From the IMG/VR virus record IMGVR_UViG_3300032675_000001, positions 124,001-188,000 of that record: a stretch of DNA of 64,000 nucleotides. The stretch is one strand, 5' to 3'. Both the position numbers and the translations under genes were made by a program. Below are positions 15,001 through 22,961 of the stretch, piece by piece. How positions within the stretch are numbered: the stretch's first letter is position 1; each line of letters opens with the position of its first letter. The notes under the pieces are model-generated. The model saw only the letters and a list, made by a program, of their open reading frames with translations. It was not told the DNA's origin and made no database searches.

Positions 15001-18000
15001 ACAACTGCTGGCTGGAATGCAGGATACAGACCCAACTTAGTTGGGGTATTTGGCACATACGAACCATATGTTTGATTGTATTCTTTGATCACTATCTGAT
15101 CACCAGCTTGAAGCGTAATGAACACCTCAAGAGTTGGAGAATCAGTGCTGATAGAATAATCCACTCCACTTAACAACTGCTTTTCAATAGCAACTCCCTG
15201 TGTGGTAGTCAAATGATACACGAGAACGCCATTGTAATTTGCGGTCTCAAAATTATAGATTTGACTTAATGGATAAAATGTGCTACTTGAAAGATTGTTA
15301 AAAGTATATGTATTGGAAATATATGGTGTTTGTGATGGCAGCATGTCTGACCAGAAAAATGCCTGATCTGGACTCTTTGCAGAAGTAATCTGCTGCAATG
15401 CTGTATCAAGAATCTGTGATGGGGTAAAACGCTGTGTGTAGTTATAGTTCTGTACAGTGTTGACAATAATCTGTTTGTATGTGATATATTCGCGGCTATT
15501 ATACAACAGTGCATCAAATATGTCATATTGAGTTGAACGCAAGAATGCCCCCGGCAAAACGAGTGATGCCGAGTTCTGAATTATTTTGGTTCCGTATGGA
15601 ACAAGATTTCCCAAATCTCTGTAATTATTTGCTCCAAATACTGGACCAGATGTGTTAGGCGCATTGATATAAATGTCCTGATACTGGTCACGTATATCAC
15701 CCATGTTAGCTGTAGTCAAGTTGTCATTTAGTGGGTTATTGTTTAGATTGATAGGAATATCATAATAACCAAACTGACTTACTTCATCACTAAGAACGAA
15801 TATTTGAATTACTGTTGGGGTTGTAGGTAACGTATTAAGAGTTACAATAGTTAAACTGTTACCAACTTCATAAGTATATGTTGATGGGTCCTGATATACA
15901 TTGTTGATATATACTTTTAAAGTTGGCCATCCTGGGTTTGAATCTGTAGGCGGAGTTAGTGCGGTGACATCACATACAAATGAATTTGAGACTGCCACAG
16001 TTGGATCATAATCATAGCTGAATACTTGATACTGAGTACTATCTGCAATGGCTGTTTGCCATCCCAACTGTCTTACCTCAGTGGTCAGGTCAGTATAATT
16101 ATAAACATAACCTATATTAACGTTTTCGGTTACAGCAGTGGTTCCGTTAACATAAGAAAATGTATCCAAGTTTAAAGAAACGTCAAAGCTTATATCACCA
16201 ATATTGTCAATGCTACTGTATCTGATTGGGAATCCAAGAACAGGATCATTAGTTCCAGTGCCAATACCATATGCAAATATCTTACATCCGTTAAACGAAG
16301 TACTTACATAAACCGATTGATCGCCCAATGATATTCCATTACTGTCAAAAATATCAAATAATGGTGCTTGGTTAACTGTCTTCTTCTGTTGACCAGATAC
16401 CCATGGACCATTTATATTTGCGGGATCGTAAAAGAATGTTAATCCTTGATTATAATATCCACGTGAGATGACGGTCTGTTCTTCTGGTAATACAACACCA
16501 TCCTCTGCTACAGTAAGCGTGATGATTGGAGTTGAGAATGGAGTGATTTGAGAGAACTCAGCAACATAAATTTTGTTTGCTACCTCTGGGTCTTCATCTG
16601 CCGCAAAGATAACGCGAGCGCCCGGAAATAGCGCATAATCGCTTACGTCCAAATCTGATGCGACGATGGACACATTATTTCCTGCGGAAACGTTCTGTGC
16701 AAACTCCCAAGAAACAGTAAGAGTAAGCGTAGTTGTTCCAGAAATGCTGGTAATCTGTGTATTGACTGGCAGCACGCCTGCCGAATCAGCGATAAACATC
16801 AAGTTTGCGAACGATCCTGTTACGGCGCTGGCAGGAACTGTTACAGTAGTAGATGTAGCGTTAGTTACAGGAGCAATGGTAGCAGAATACGTTGTGTATG
16901 TTTGAATGTCAGGATAATAATTAAATGATCCAGCAACCTGATTAAGTGCATTCGTTGCCTTCATATCAATATAATCTACTGGCAATTTACCTACAATACC
17001 AGAATTAAAGAGTTTTAGGTTTGGATAAAACTCAATGATTGGACGTACAGCACGATTGGATGCAGATGCATAAGTTGTGATGATTGTTGGGTCATTGTTG
17101 TATCCGGCAATCGCGCTGATAACATCCGCGTGGAACCAGCGATTGCTTCTGGACCAAGCATTCATGTTTATTGCTCCACGAGCAATAGTGATATAGTCCG
17201 GAACGGCAGGTATATTCAACTCGCCATCATAATTTAAATCATCATACCCAGTTGACGAAAATGGAATATATTCTTCTTGAGTAAATGCTTCTGGACAGAC
17301 CAAAGTGCTTGCAGGAACCAGTTGGATTGCAGTGCCAACTCCTTGCACATAGTACTGGTCCTGTAGATATGTTTCTGGGACCACACTTCCAGAAAATGTT
17401 ACAAGAAGACCGTTTGTGAAGACCACGCCATTAGGTGAGGTGTATGTCTTTTTGCCAAGAATATCCGTATCAACATCAATAGTAACATTTACATTGTTGT
17501 CAACAATGTTGATCACTCCAACGTTTTCTGGATTGGTTCCATCCTGATAATACAATGTATTCAGTGGAGCAGTTATACTTGGAACAAGATTAATATCACC
17601 AAGGACATCACGATAAAAAGGAAGACCGATCCATTCTACACCGTAGGTCGGAATAATATTTACTTGAGTAGGAATAACTGATGTTGGAATCAAACGAATG
17701 ATTGGGTTTGATGGATCGCCAACATATTGCACCGTGTAAAAAGTTTGGTTTACGGTTGAATACAGACCTTCTTCCCACAATCCTTGGTTCACATTTAATG
17801 TCATTGAGCCAGAGCCAGTGGTGAGAGTTAGAGGTGTTCCATTAAGAGTTTCTGAAATAGTAAAATCTGTTGAGTTCAATATTGAACTAATAAAGTATAC
17901 TTGACCAGCAACGATTCCGCCAAAAACTGGATTGTTGCCATTAACAGAAAAGGTTACTGTATTATTCACAGTTAATGATGAGGTGCTTCCTGTTGATAAA

Positions 18001-19064
18001 GTAAATGCATTGTCTACCGAACTTGACGCACTGACATTAAGAGTCAATGGTGGAATAACTACCTGATTATTTGGATCATATGGATCATTAGGAACGCCTT
18101 GATTAGTATCATATGGCGTTTCATTCAAATATTCAGAAGTATATCCTATTTCATTCGGAACACCAGTGTTATAGAACATCACGGTGAGTCCATTGAGAGA
18201 TGTTATACCATCAATGCCACCAAAGCTGTTTACTAACTGACCTTCAACTTCCGCGAATGGGAGAGTGCTTACCACATCAACTGAAACGCTGCTAGGAAAT
18301 ACATATTCACTTTGTGCGTTTGACAAAGGAACATTGAAAATTACCTCACCGCTAGTAGCGCCATTATTTTCAACGCCATCCACATCACGCAAATACAAAT
18401 TAGGATGAACAGTTGAATATCCAGAAATACCCGGCTGAGTCTGAATCCAAAACTGTGATGATTGATTAACATTGAACACATATGAACCACCACGCAACAG
18501 TGTTATTGGAGGATTAACAGAACTAGAACTTGATGTTCCGGTAGTAATTTCATAACCGTTTGGTAAATCAACAACTGTATAGTTTTCATTATTGTAAATC
18601 GTGGAAGTTCCAACGGTCACAGAAGGTGGCCCTTCTGGCAACCAGTAATATTGAGTATAGTTGATAAGCTTGTCTAGATCAGTAAAAGAATCCCATGAAT
18701 AAAACTGACTAGGGAACAATCTACTGTTATTATTTGTTACGCCACTTTCAAGTGATAATGCATCCAGAATTCCCGGATATGTAATAAAATCGGTTGCAGT
18801 TCCCGCTGGTGGATTCACCGAGGTTGATGGTGCCGTAAACACAACTGCCGGGTCCAATTGGTAGTTAGCACGAGTAGTATTTGGTTCAGTGACATAATAG
18901 TCATTGGCGTTAACGCCATACCCAATCTTACTGCCTACGTAGCCCTGAATCTTCATTGAGCTTGGTGGGTTTACCAATTGATCCAGTGTTGCTCCCAAAA
19001 ATTCTGCATTAGTAGCAGTTTGGAAGATGTTTGGGAGAAAGTTTAGTGTTCTTATTCTAGCCAT
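84..19064 (-). CDS. Giant baseplate wedge/fibre-like structural protein (6326 aa) with ~15 repeated small beta modules and FG-GAP/BNR-like propeller segments
   Basis: Single long ORF directly downstream of gp6; INEVKPYH motif typical of wedge proteins; repeated xxFxGxxFGGIxxGxxYYV modules; SxDGxxW repeats; FG/VGAP propeller motifs. Confidence 0.8.
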   Translation of the reverse strand: MARIRTLNFLPNIFQTATNAEFLGATLDQLVNPPSSMKIQGYVGSKIGYGVNANDYYVTEPNTTRANYQLDPAVVFTAPSTSVNPPAGTATDFITYPGILDALSLESGVTNNNSRLFPSQFYSWDSFTDLDKLINYTQYYWLPEGPPSVTVGTSTIYNNENYTVVDLPNGYEITTGTSSSSSVNPPITLLRGGSYVFNVNQSSQFWIQTQPGISGYSTVHPNLYLRDVDGVENNGATSGEVIFNVPLSNAQSEYVFPSSVSVDVVSTLPFAEVEGQLVNSFGGIDGITSLNGLTVMFYNTGVPNEIGYTSEYLNETPYDTNQGVPNDPYDPNNQVVIPPLTLNVSASSSVDNAFTLSTGSTSSLTVNNTVTFSVNGNNPVFGGIVAGQVYFISSILNSTDFTISETLNGTPLTLTTGSGSMTLNVNQGLWEEGLYSTVNQTFYTVQYVGDPSNPIIRLIPTSVIPTQVNIIPTYGVEWIGLPFYRDVLGDINLVPSITAPLNTLYYQDGTNPENVGVINIVDNNVNVTIDVDTDILGKKTYTSPNGVVFTNGLLVTFSGSVVPETYLQDQYYVQGVGTAIQLVPASTLVCPEAFTQEEYIPFSSTGYDDLNYDGELNIPAVPDYITIARGAINMNAWSRSNRWFHADVISAIAGYNNDPTIITTYASASNRAVRPIIEFYPNLKLFNSGIVGKLPVDYIDMKATNALNQVAGSFNYYPDIQTYTTYSATIAPVTNATSTTVTVPASAVTGSFANLMFIADSAGVLPVNTQITSISGTTTLTLTVSWEFAQNVSAGNNVSIVASDLDVSDYALFPGARVIFAADEDPEVANKIYVAEFSQITPFSTPIITLTVAEDGVVLPEEQTVISRGYYNQGLTFFYDPANINGPWVSGQQKKTVNQAPLFDIFDSNGISLGDQSVYVSTSFNGCKIFAYGIGTGTNDPVLGFPIRYSSIDNIGDISFDVSLNLDTFSYVNGTTAVTENVNIGYVYNYTDLTTEVRQLGWQTAIADSTQYQVFSYDYDPTVAVSNSFVCDVTALTPPTDSNPGWPTLKVYINNVYQDPSTYTYEVGNSLTIVTLNTLPTTPTVIQIFVLSDEVSQFGYYDIPINLNNNPLNDNLTTANMGDIRDQYQDIYINAPNTSGPVFGANNYRDLGNLVPYGTKIIQNSASLVLPGAFLRSTQYDIFDALLYNSREYITYKQIIVNTVQNYNYTQRFTPSQILDTALQQITSAKSPDQAFFWSDMLPSQTPYISNTYTFNNLSSSTFYPLSQIYNFETANYNGVLVYHLTTTQGVAIEKQLLSGVDYSISTDSPTLEVFITLQAGDQIVIKEYNQTYGSYVPNTPTKLGLYPAFQPAVVLDSDYTIPTWFIKGHDGSYTKLYGDYDESLGVLIDFRDQALFEFENRIYNNLKLSTQVPISKYEVVPGFFRDSTYSWSEFLSIYSPAFLNWIGQNRLDYKTQFYTAYNEYSYNYTNSAVKINNTVIQQGYWRGLYEYLYDTTNPNETPWEMLGLPNQPTWWVERYGPAPYTSDNGILWGDLEAGLIWNNGDPYINPEVARPGLSTIIPVDSNGDLLSPLTAVVGNYDPSTFQKDWKVGDDGPTELSYRRSSTYPFDLMRIYALTRPAEFFNLGVDLDNYKYSEEFNQYLVNDRSHLVLNNIQVYGNGIAKTSYINWMVDFAKQQGVDATTGITTLLNNLDVRLVYRLAGFSDQNQLQFYIEKGSPNSTNASLLIPNESYSVLLYENQPFEQIIFSGVIIQQNDGYWTVYGNSQLFAYFTVANPIFTGGYSNLSIEKLSVNVTNKYSETKTTIVPYGTKFYSAQEVAQFLMSYGAYLEQQGMNFDQIQNGVPVNWTQMVYEFLYWAQTGWANGSLINLNPAATMMEIDPGTAVVQPLTIQNQNFILNQDLYPIDLKYLCVNRDGTAFSAHPLNQGDSLAYGQFNVSNFEHGIVFDNVTVFNDIIYNLVTGLRQNRIYVRGIKSADWNGTVNAGGFIISQDNIQEWTGNLKYTKGQIVTYKNKYWQALDIVQPTQTFDPTYWKQILYSDIQFGMLANPSTRAYESTLYYDVNQANLQEDADLLAFNLIGYRPRDYLALLDLTSQAQVQIYQNMIKNMGTLNAVSAFDGATLPTGGISYNTYENWAILSSQFGGVLNNNFVDFQIDSDLMSGDPSIVSLTNGGGTDGAMQEVPLYGLFNYGTPVSDPNILTTTTAEAASYLYPPAGYVNFNDVAMSSYFYAGLPRAVDISGAIVPIQNFYVGQYAWIANFFNQWNVFAWKSVGQVIKVQNNLNSTATVTFAAPHNLTKLQPLSIVNFATNIDGYYIITDVPNIMQVTINLSIIGANQTTVNGYGIGLTFESHRVTNPSDIEGLDLTQADFVDNLVWVDTNVDGDWAVLLKSNTYEMQNELEQPTSTTFGSAVAFTNSAGYLIGDAGAGKLYCYTYNALSESYNLSQTITNSTSFGSQIVYSEANNIYVVSQPTGTPNVFIYVLNSSPISDNLIAYQTISAPGGVTNWGSTMAMSKDSNWLYISDIVNNNVYVYRKENIPLQAGHFVSGQTYIITEVGTTDFTTIGAVYNEVGITFVATGSGTGTGTATQCTYQQASVINGSTYGYVSGDDFSAALSTDQDGSLLVVGAPLKNYSGTIEDWGQVSVFNRTEQNFLAQYTSNAGQAITFPLAWTPVATSTITASATASGTNLITCSASMTSYPVNTPIVFTGNLSGTNISTNQVYYIASTSTNTITIKTSRNTTTPVSLATASLSGVQVYVQVTPLYVSVNGSLVNDCNYAAVGSNFVYYGGLNAGDIINVSDSQFFLAQTFNSNYHDRTGIHFGYSVANSNGGSDVLVGSPFEISDINGQEGAVYKYSNGGAKYGVVIGSGGCNVTAQSTILINGFAVTIPTGNATVVANAINNAGIINVQAAATSDNNIIIQCINSALAQVNQELVITATNTSGILSEIGITTYTETQILQCPYTTGPTQFGHTIKVDQFNNIVVSAPSGTRYEGTVFDFVDYIDLDNDTVFDNNATQFVDSYPNAGAVYMFQYMADYNESLITPGQYVYAQSINDNSTSYGNSPMYGSSLDFNDNTVVVGTPNFVPGLYNGQVVVYTNATGTPVWSVYRSSSPVVDINTIQNTQLYSASTNETLVNFDYIDPLQGKILGAARENLDYITSADPAQYNSNLASNNGNMWGASQVGQLWLDTTNVRWVNYHQNDVVYNSKYWGSVFPGSDVAVYSWIASFIPPNQYQGPGVPYNINLYCINAVLNASNVVVPVYYFWVRNTNTIFTQANKTLADSSVASYIANPRGSGISFMAPLLPNTFAMYNSLQFFNGTDTVFHVGFSNGNNDDIAHQEFALIREGFAEDFLPGIPPITKHPTVITTVQGNTTTVSSGEPSSLYARMLDSMAGCDQFGAVVPDPFLPAAVQSGVQVRPRQSFFYDRFMAINNYLTYANGILAQYPITELRPDATFLFASGEFFNTSDYWSYTYWWADGYSDSTKSLYQVPYYADLATLNVSTGTLVTVQQNGNGSAEIYRNDGNGVWTRVGLQNGTIAFNTSLWDYADAQIGWDGSFFDTGSFDTYPSQETYYIIRALNEQIFTEDLLQYRNLSLILLFQYIQSETVESQNFLPWLNKTSLLDVQHTLRELLPYSNYVTDNFDFLSGYINEVKPYHVLIKDFLYDYTGSEEYTGNITDFDVPAQFNSQYQNFISPQIVYSGADTEYEYLNTDSIWQTAPYTQWYQNYGLSLTGQPDYQLTTLTSYMTTSSTFMIVNNANGFPSSGIITIDDEQIGYETVDPALNMISGLTRGANNTTITTHIPGAPIIMDLPPVVLLDGGNDYQNPPRVTAYIDTSIYPAPTVPAELEAVMSLGTVIGINVINPGQGYVAMPEIIIDPSYVINFADTAINELLNTIVVYAPSLVTGQVVQYRAGTDDVGIGGLQDGQWYYVNVLQTVPTSVIALYTTYSDAINDKNRVNIYSIGSTSSLTLSAGARAFGISTSYPVRENNITIKYDRTTYNSQILDWESGAYYGSFFAGSYENILQVSSSDIQLQSVNPNIASILSSAQGATFEIVDVSNNNQLDWSSTIRYVSGTYSANNAIRLVPQGSTEPNASGSTIGFYVGMPVKFIGAVVGNLVNEQLYYVASVINETDFTVSQTIGGPVVSLTTATVSAAGLQCYIAQSVNTAVLTINYPGILNVTNTTSGTNYLTVPTSVIGTGGTSGFYPGLSVFFSENVFGGIVENQVYYINTVIDQQTFTISPYDTQLTLTATATSATGNIITTSLNPGFNLNDPIIFTGTTFGGITAGVTYYVSELISETEMTISATLNGPVVTLTTATGSMTVTNQSDSPVLTTASGNMTMNVSLPVSPGQVNGQQFTLYGTSGQYPNITELTVGNLIERQVDATVSGVNIIALDINSDGTDLFYAGMPIQFSSAIGGLSTGTTYYVLTYSGMSDVTNIEISATQTLGSDYGNVIVCNTTSYLYSGMPIVFSGQSLGGLIIGQIYYVKTITSGTQFTVSTTEGGSVVALTDQTGEMTGVGTPYITVSTSIGGLPVSLSSSTSGSTLTQYITSTPTIDISYVLGGYRAIFTSSGSGFAIDNIITISGALVGGTSPLNDVTLSVNSINSTGGIINAICSGTVPYTSQQYYLKVISPTQLEVYSDQLLSQPVSGVDFPFVGFTTDTVTAVSTSNNSITISNTGQFNINDAVVFTGNTDVSASTIVEYQTYYIVSILNGTQLQVSATPGGSAINIASAASTNFTIAKAGSFAFLPEPFFFNQSIVKFNGRVYVCVVSNNDSEFVLGKWELIDSDDPRLNAMDRVIGYYQPTVNMPGVDLTQLFEGVTYPNAIYQGNAFQPSLQYPLDTVLQDQPFYPNGINITSIIYNDGYYFATANLPTYSAVIYSTDGINWLINKLLNANVDITSISYANGNYLITSTNSATPLLTSLDGFNWTSGGNIITYDSDSNSTNDNLISSVGLTLQSSSYSNELWVAVGNNIITSQDGVNWTEVHTYNTTYEVEMNGITYVNSQYFTGYVAVGSGVTYSYAGPVSALVPTSIVSYSTDSIKWIDAPLTNQYFNGIKTTPVPITENGWNSVAVNNVTGQIIAVGQNGVIYTSLNAVNWLGLNEVDALSVNTYTNAINVTNTSGFTVGESVVFNNSFSSIVAGTHYTIASITSTSSLTLTGVTLTNGSVPAYTVMSSVNNTPTLNNVVYENGLWLAVGNTGTIITSANGVNWTVQTSGITENLYGITYTNNTWVVTGDNNAVLSSTDGVNWTYTSIFTPVPPVYDVQGGTFQSGYGPEELVPGVVWDNFAMTVITRPGITWPVEQYGHNGYNVVSTQMVPQSATQTVYSFADIVHYPAQVFVQKIDATSCLGTTLTLNTDYTVNWINKTITLTNPLPFTPLMDTLRVDVYEVGNGSQLVKSNTDVDPIRTDPVTGFNQIYVDCNYSAAIYNGSGVVKPGSYDIDVQATQTIASDNSIVCAGVSQLSINDAITFEGITFGNIVEGTTYYVKSVSTATDSITVSDSFNSMTGQAGPIFELTDATGSMYVIIQAGTGTTWTSPIIYHNGTKLLCGGTNIVTNTTAGTNTITTNSTTGMVTGSPITFSANMFGPDIVPLQTYYVADVLGTTTFTISTSPTGSPVLPLTTQQGGATFITYDYAFGIQPDGISAMIIFSTDAYSNNNDYLSYTLFGQTEPQQIGYSIPETQWFTGTGSQTVFDLSNNVQGLVNPASAVVEVSGLRQKPSTYTIAPANNTITFNSAPALNAPIAVTTYNDTTQQYLNTQTITASGSNSVYAISTISNNITAPLANTTATATASGTNYITVASTSGFVVNQTVFFEGTGFGGISTSGTVYFVKSIVNSTTFTISATQGGSALSLTTASGNMLVTVGGQPAVRVTTNGTNGFTTGEIVRIDGTAGSTQLNGNYYYVRVISSTQFDLYTQAYSSSLNAVNYPVTAISAYTGGGYTWIQGSYYLVDTTASATASINNAITVSSTAMLDVNTPVLFSKLGSLDGTNILGGLIQGTTYYVNEILSPTTFNVASSQYGSVVALSNASGTVNVTQWEQTNVDRLWVTINGYRVPSSCLRMNSSNELSILAPISSGDTVIITNMIPTATPSEEIYMNFVNQTGEATVYRANTGTRTWLTQPLSLESDLIYVQDVTSVTNNVIQTSVTPEAALNEFGDNVYSIGLNNVDKTLITGITVYNNRTNQYIPTSSYQVVIVDLAPVLEINVGSYITVGDSLTINTLVGNTIYVNGEQIKFNIVNLTNNTLGGLQRGANGTGAQLYIPQYTEAFSLTSNNELPSAYYNQTWNSYVYNSTLGDPLQISQTIPAKFLEVDVT

Positions 19065-19072
19065 GTATGTAC

Positions 19073-22000
19073 TTATCTTACTTGTAATTCAGCGGGTGTA
19101 AGTGCCGCTATCACCATGATGTCGTTTGCTGTAGCAGCGTTTACAAAGATTTCATAGGGCAAGCATGTGATTTCATATAGGTCTCCAAAGGGCTGTGTTG
19201 GATCATTTGATACCAAAACTGCTGAACTTATCAAGTCTCCGCATTCATTGTGAAGATAGGCACTCAATTCTGAGAAATAAAAAGTATCACCAAAATTCCA
19301 GTTGTTGATGTTGAAATAGTTATTCATGGCTGTCAACACGGCACTTTGAATTTCGCTATTGCTTGCACTGGTATTAGCTGCCGGAACGACTTTGATTGTT
19401 CCTTGAAGTGCTGGTGCAGCTTTTGCTCCAAACAATGGCTTAAATACTACGCTATTGAGAATCACAGAATCACTTAGCATCTTGTAATCCTGAATCAATG
19501 GATAATCTTGCGATAGTTCATTGATTGTAGGAACATCTGGTTTTGGAATAGTATTAGTGGTATCCTGAATCCAGTTCGTATACTGAGTATAATACGATTG
19601 AGTGACCAGATACAAATCAATAATGTTAGTCACAACAGGATCAATACGATTGGTATTGTTTGAGTTGTGTCTATACTGATATGACAGTCCTTGTCTGCCC
19701 GGTAGCATGGTATACTGTGGCTGAATCACCATGGTGTATGATGGAGTTATTACTGTTGGGTCCTGCACCGAGGTGTAAAAGTTGTTTTCTGCGTAAGCAT
19801 AAAACAGTTGACCAACAGGATAATCATACTTGACAACTTCAATCTGAGATATGGTTGGGTATTGATAAGAAACAGCAGATGAAGGGACGATGTAGTCTCT
19901 TGTCAAGTTTAATGGATCAACTACAGTTTCAAAGAACACATAGACACCAACGTTTGTGCTTCCATTTACGTATCCGGTAATGTTACTGAAGAAATCCGGA
20001 TTCAGAATCAACTGACGATTATTTACATCAGTTGCCGCAACTTCAACTTGGAAATCATTGACGTATCCATCAGACTCAACAGTTTGCCCAACTATATTCA
20101 ATGATGTGTCTTGTCCGAGAGGGACGCTATTTCCAAATTGAGAGTTGATTCCCAACACATTAACAAAATCCTGTAGTATCTGACCAGAATATGGGTCGTA
20201 TACCACCTGATTTGAATCAAACGTAAATCTGGTATCGGAAACCGATCCGAAATAATAAGTCAACGCATTGTAATAAACGATATAGTTATTATTTCCTGTA
20301 CTCTGTAAATTGACGAATGCAGCAGGATCATTGTATGTTGATATTGACCAACGATCTTGATTAATAGGAAGAGAGTTATTAAATACCAAAGAGAAACTCT
20401 GCTGAAGTTCCATTCTGATAATGGCTTCTTGTATATTAGCCGAAGAAATAATATTATCAAACACAGGAATCACTTGTGTTAGTATTACCCCAGATGGTAG
20501 ATAACCATTAACTTGTACCGGTCCAGAACCATTTGAGAAGCTTCCAATTCCATTGTTGCTTCCATCACCGATAACATTCAACACTGTGGTCCATACCGAA
20601 GTGCTATTATTTGGTCCGGGGATACCGGCTACAAGACGATTATTTGAGTCAAAATAATAACCAGTAGGAGCACTAAACTGACAAATTGCACCAGTAGTCA
20701 CATATTTTAGATTGCTACTTGAATACGTACCAACTGTCATCGGAATCTGTGCAGCCTGCACATATGTATATAGATATCCAGTTTCCGCCCCGGTGTCTAC
20801 TGTACTTGTTTGCCAATAAACTGTTCCCGGACCAACTGTTGAGTTGACAGCATATCTTGGATAGTTCTGAATGTAGTATTGATTAGCACGATTTAACCCG
20901 AGCACCGAAGCTAGGTTGTTGGTGAAGAAAGAAATAATATCACTAGTAGTGTTGATGGTTAACGTCAGTGTACCATCGGTATTATCCTGATATAATGCCC
21001 CATCTGAACCGAACGAGTTTGTACTTGAATATTTTCCAGTTGGGTCAAGCAAGTCAAGGTTCTTTGATACACCAACAGATGAACGGTTCACGGCAGTTGA
21101 CTTAATAATAGAACTATAGAGAGTGTATGGGAAATTGCTATAATCTTCGCCATTTACCATACGGTTCTGCGTGTAATAACGCAATGGAGCACGTTGCTTA
21201 ATGTCAGTGATTGTTTCACGTGCCTGTGCATTTGACACCGAAGTTTGCAACGATAGTGCCAGTGTGAGGGTCTGTGCTCTTCCAGTATTATCAATGTAAG
21301 TGAATGATACTGAAAGACCTGACATTTCAGTTGGATCAATCGTGTATGTTAGAGCATTACCAGAACGAACATATGATCTGAAATTGCCTACAGGAATCTG
21401 AGAAAATACTCCATCACCGAAGACATAACTTACTGTATCGTTTACACCAGAGTAAACAGAGAATAATGGATTCAAAGTTGTTGGGCTTTGTAAGTAAGCA
21501 TTTGCATAGATATTGTCTACTTGAACCCAAGGTGTTCTGGTTCCATCACTGTTTATCTGATACAACCAAGTATCGGTATTATTTATTCCTTCAATTGTTC
21601 CTATTGGAATAATCTGATTTGATATCTGCTGTTGAAGGCTAAAGTCGTAGTTTTGTAATGTGCCTTGTTTGAAGTAAAAGAAAAATCCAGTATTAGGACT
21701 TCCGAACCCAAGCTGGTCGTTACGATAAACCATGTTGAACTGTCCAGTTGGTGCTGGTGGAATCTCATAGATATAATCTTGATTGACAGAAGTTACACTA
21801 ACCAATTCAAAATTCATACCTTGGTTGTCAATTGTTGCGTTAAAAGGAATGATCGGCAGTGCATTAGGAGCGATCTGAATCGCATATTCACTAGTGGTTA
21901 CACCCAAAATATCCTGTGTATTTCCCGGCTTACCGATTCTCTGAGAGTTAATGATTGCCGCATTGAATATTGTGTTGAACTGTTCTAACCAGTTAGGATT

Positions 22001-22444
22001 AGCCGGGTCATTCCATAGAACTGGAATATTACTCAAGTTAAAACCGTTGATGTCCGTGATATTTTGCGTGGTTGATACGCTCGTTACCTTGAGATATCCT
22101 TGGGCAGCTAAGTTACGTTTTGGTGTATATCCGACAAGATTGGCAAGTTTAATAACTGAGTCTCTACGCTCAGCAGTGTCCATAAAGTTTTCGCGAGCAT
22201 TTAAGTCATCACGAAAAGCAAGACCTTGGCCCATGAAAGCAATAACATCCAAGAGGGCAATAAATTCTGACGATTCAGTATAATCATTGAAAGTTTCTGG
22301 ATAATACAGACGTAGATAGTCTACGAAACTCTTACGAAGTGTTTCGTAATCATAGCTTTGAAAGTCAGCCTGTTGGTATGTCTGATAGATTGTCTTCCAA
22401 TCGTTTACTCCAAACAATGCTGATTGTCTTGAACTTGTTGCCAT
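19073..22444 (-). CDS. Baseplate wedge subunit, T4 gp6-like
   Basis: DFxSYDYETLR, RENFMDTAERRDSV..LA..VGY.P and QNRMVNGEDY motifs; lies next to gp25. Confidence 0.85.
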   Translation of the reverse strand: MATSSRQSALFGVNDWKTIYQTYQQADFQSYDYETLRKSFVDYLRLYYPETFNDYTESSEFIALLDVIAFMGQGLAFRDDLNARENFMDTAERRDSVIKLANLVGYTPKRNLAAQGYLKVTSVSTTQNITDINGFNLSNIPVLWNDPANPNWLEQFNTIFNAAIINSQRIGKPGNTQDILGVTTSEYAIQIAPNALPIIPFNATIDNQGMNFELVSVTSVNQDYIYEIPPAPTGQFNMVYRNDQLGFGSPNTGFFFYFKQGTLQNYDFSLQQQISNQIIPIGTIEGINNTDTWLYQINSDGTRTPWVQVDNIYANAYLQSPTTLNPLFSVYSGVNDTVSYVFGDGVFSQIPVGNFRSYVRSGNALTYTIDPTEMSGLSVSFTYIDNTGRAQTLTLALSLQTSVSNAQARETITDIKQRAPLRYYTQNRMVNGEDYSNFPYTLYSSIIKSTAVNRSSVGVSKNLDLLDPTGKYSSTNSFGSDGALYQDNTDGTLTLTINTTSDIISFFTNNLASVLGLNRANQYYIQNYPRYAVNSTVGPGTVYWQTSTVDTGAETGYLYTYVQAAQIPMTVGTYSSSNLKYVTTGAICQFSAPTGYYFDSNNRLVAGIPGPNNSTSVWTTVLNVIGDGSNNGIGSFSNGSGPVQVNGYLPSGVILTQVIPVFDNIISSANIQEAIIRMELQQSFSLVFNNSLPINQDRWSISTYNDPAAFVNLQSTGNNNYIVYYNALTYYFGSVSDTRFTFDSNQVVYDPYSGQILQDFVNVLGINSQFGNSVPLGQDTSLNIVGQTVESDGYVNDFQVEVAATDVNNRQLILNPDFFSNITGYVNGSTNVGVYVFFETVVDPLNLTRDYIVPSSAVSYQYPTISQIEVVKYDYPVGQLFYAYAENNFYTSVQDPTVITPSYTMVIQPQYTMLPGRQGLSYQYRHNSNNTNRIDPVVTNIIDLYLVTQSYYTQYTNWIQDTTNTIPKPDVPTINELSQDYPLIQDYKMLSDSVILNSVVFKPLFGAKAAPALQGTIKVVPAANTSASNSEIQSAVLTAMNNYFNINNWNFGDTFYFSELSAYLHNECGDLISSAVLVSNDPTQPFGDLYEITCLPYEIFVNAATANDIMVIAALTPAELQVR

Positions 22445-22496
22445 AGTAACTCTCTTTTATGATATATTTATCATTATCAAAAAGGAGGTTTTTGGT

Positions 22497-22946
22497 TTAT
22501 GACAGTCCTGCTGTATTATTTTGTTGATCAAAAAAGACGTTCAAGGTCTGAGGATTGTTGAATGGAACGATAGAAAGCTGAATCTCTAAAAGAATACCGT
22601 TGTTCTGTGGGTATGCCTTGAGATAGTTTATGTCCAATCTCGGGTCCAGTGAAGCTACTCTTCTTATTTCATTTTCTAGCTGCCTTTGCACATCACCGGT
22701 ATTAGGTTCAAATACAAAATCCCACAATGTGGTACCATAACCCGGCTGACCAACTTTTGAACCAAGAGGTATGTTTAACGCATTAATGAAATCTTGCAAC
22801 ACCAACTGCCCATCAGTCATGGTATATTTTTTACCAGAATAGATGGGCCGGGTCGTTGTTCCTCCTCCGTTATCAACCCCATTTATGAGATTGGTGGATT
22901 TTGGCTGACATGCATTTATTGTGCTGAATCCTATATAAGTTACCAT
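22497..22946 (-). CDS. Baseplate wedge subunit, gp25-like
   Basis: G.K...P.YGT.LWD.VFEP...DPR pattern; size and gene order. Confidence 0.85.
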   Translation of the reverse strand: MVTYIGFSTINACQPKSTNLINGVDNGGGTTTRPIYSGKKYTMTDGQLVLQDFINALNIPLGSKVGQPGYGTTLWDFVFEPNTGDVQRQLENEIRRVASLDPRLDINYLKAYPQNNGILLEIQLSIVPFNNPQTLNVFFDQQNNTAGLS

Positions 22947-22961
22947 AATACTATTTAGTCC

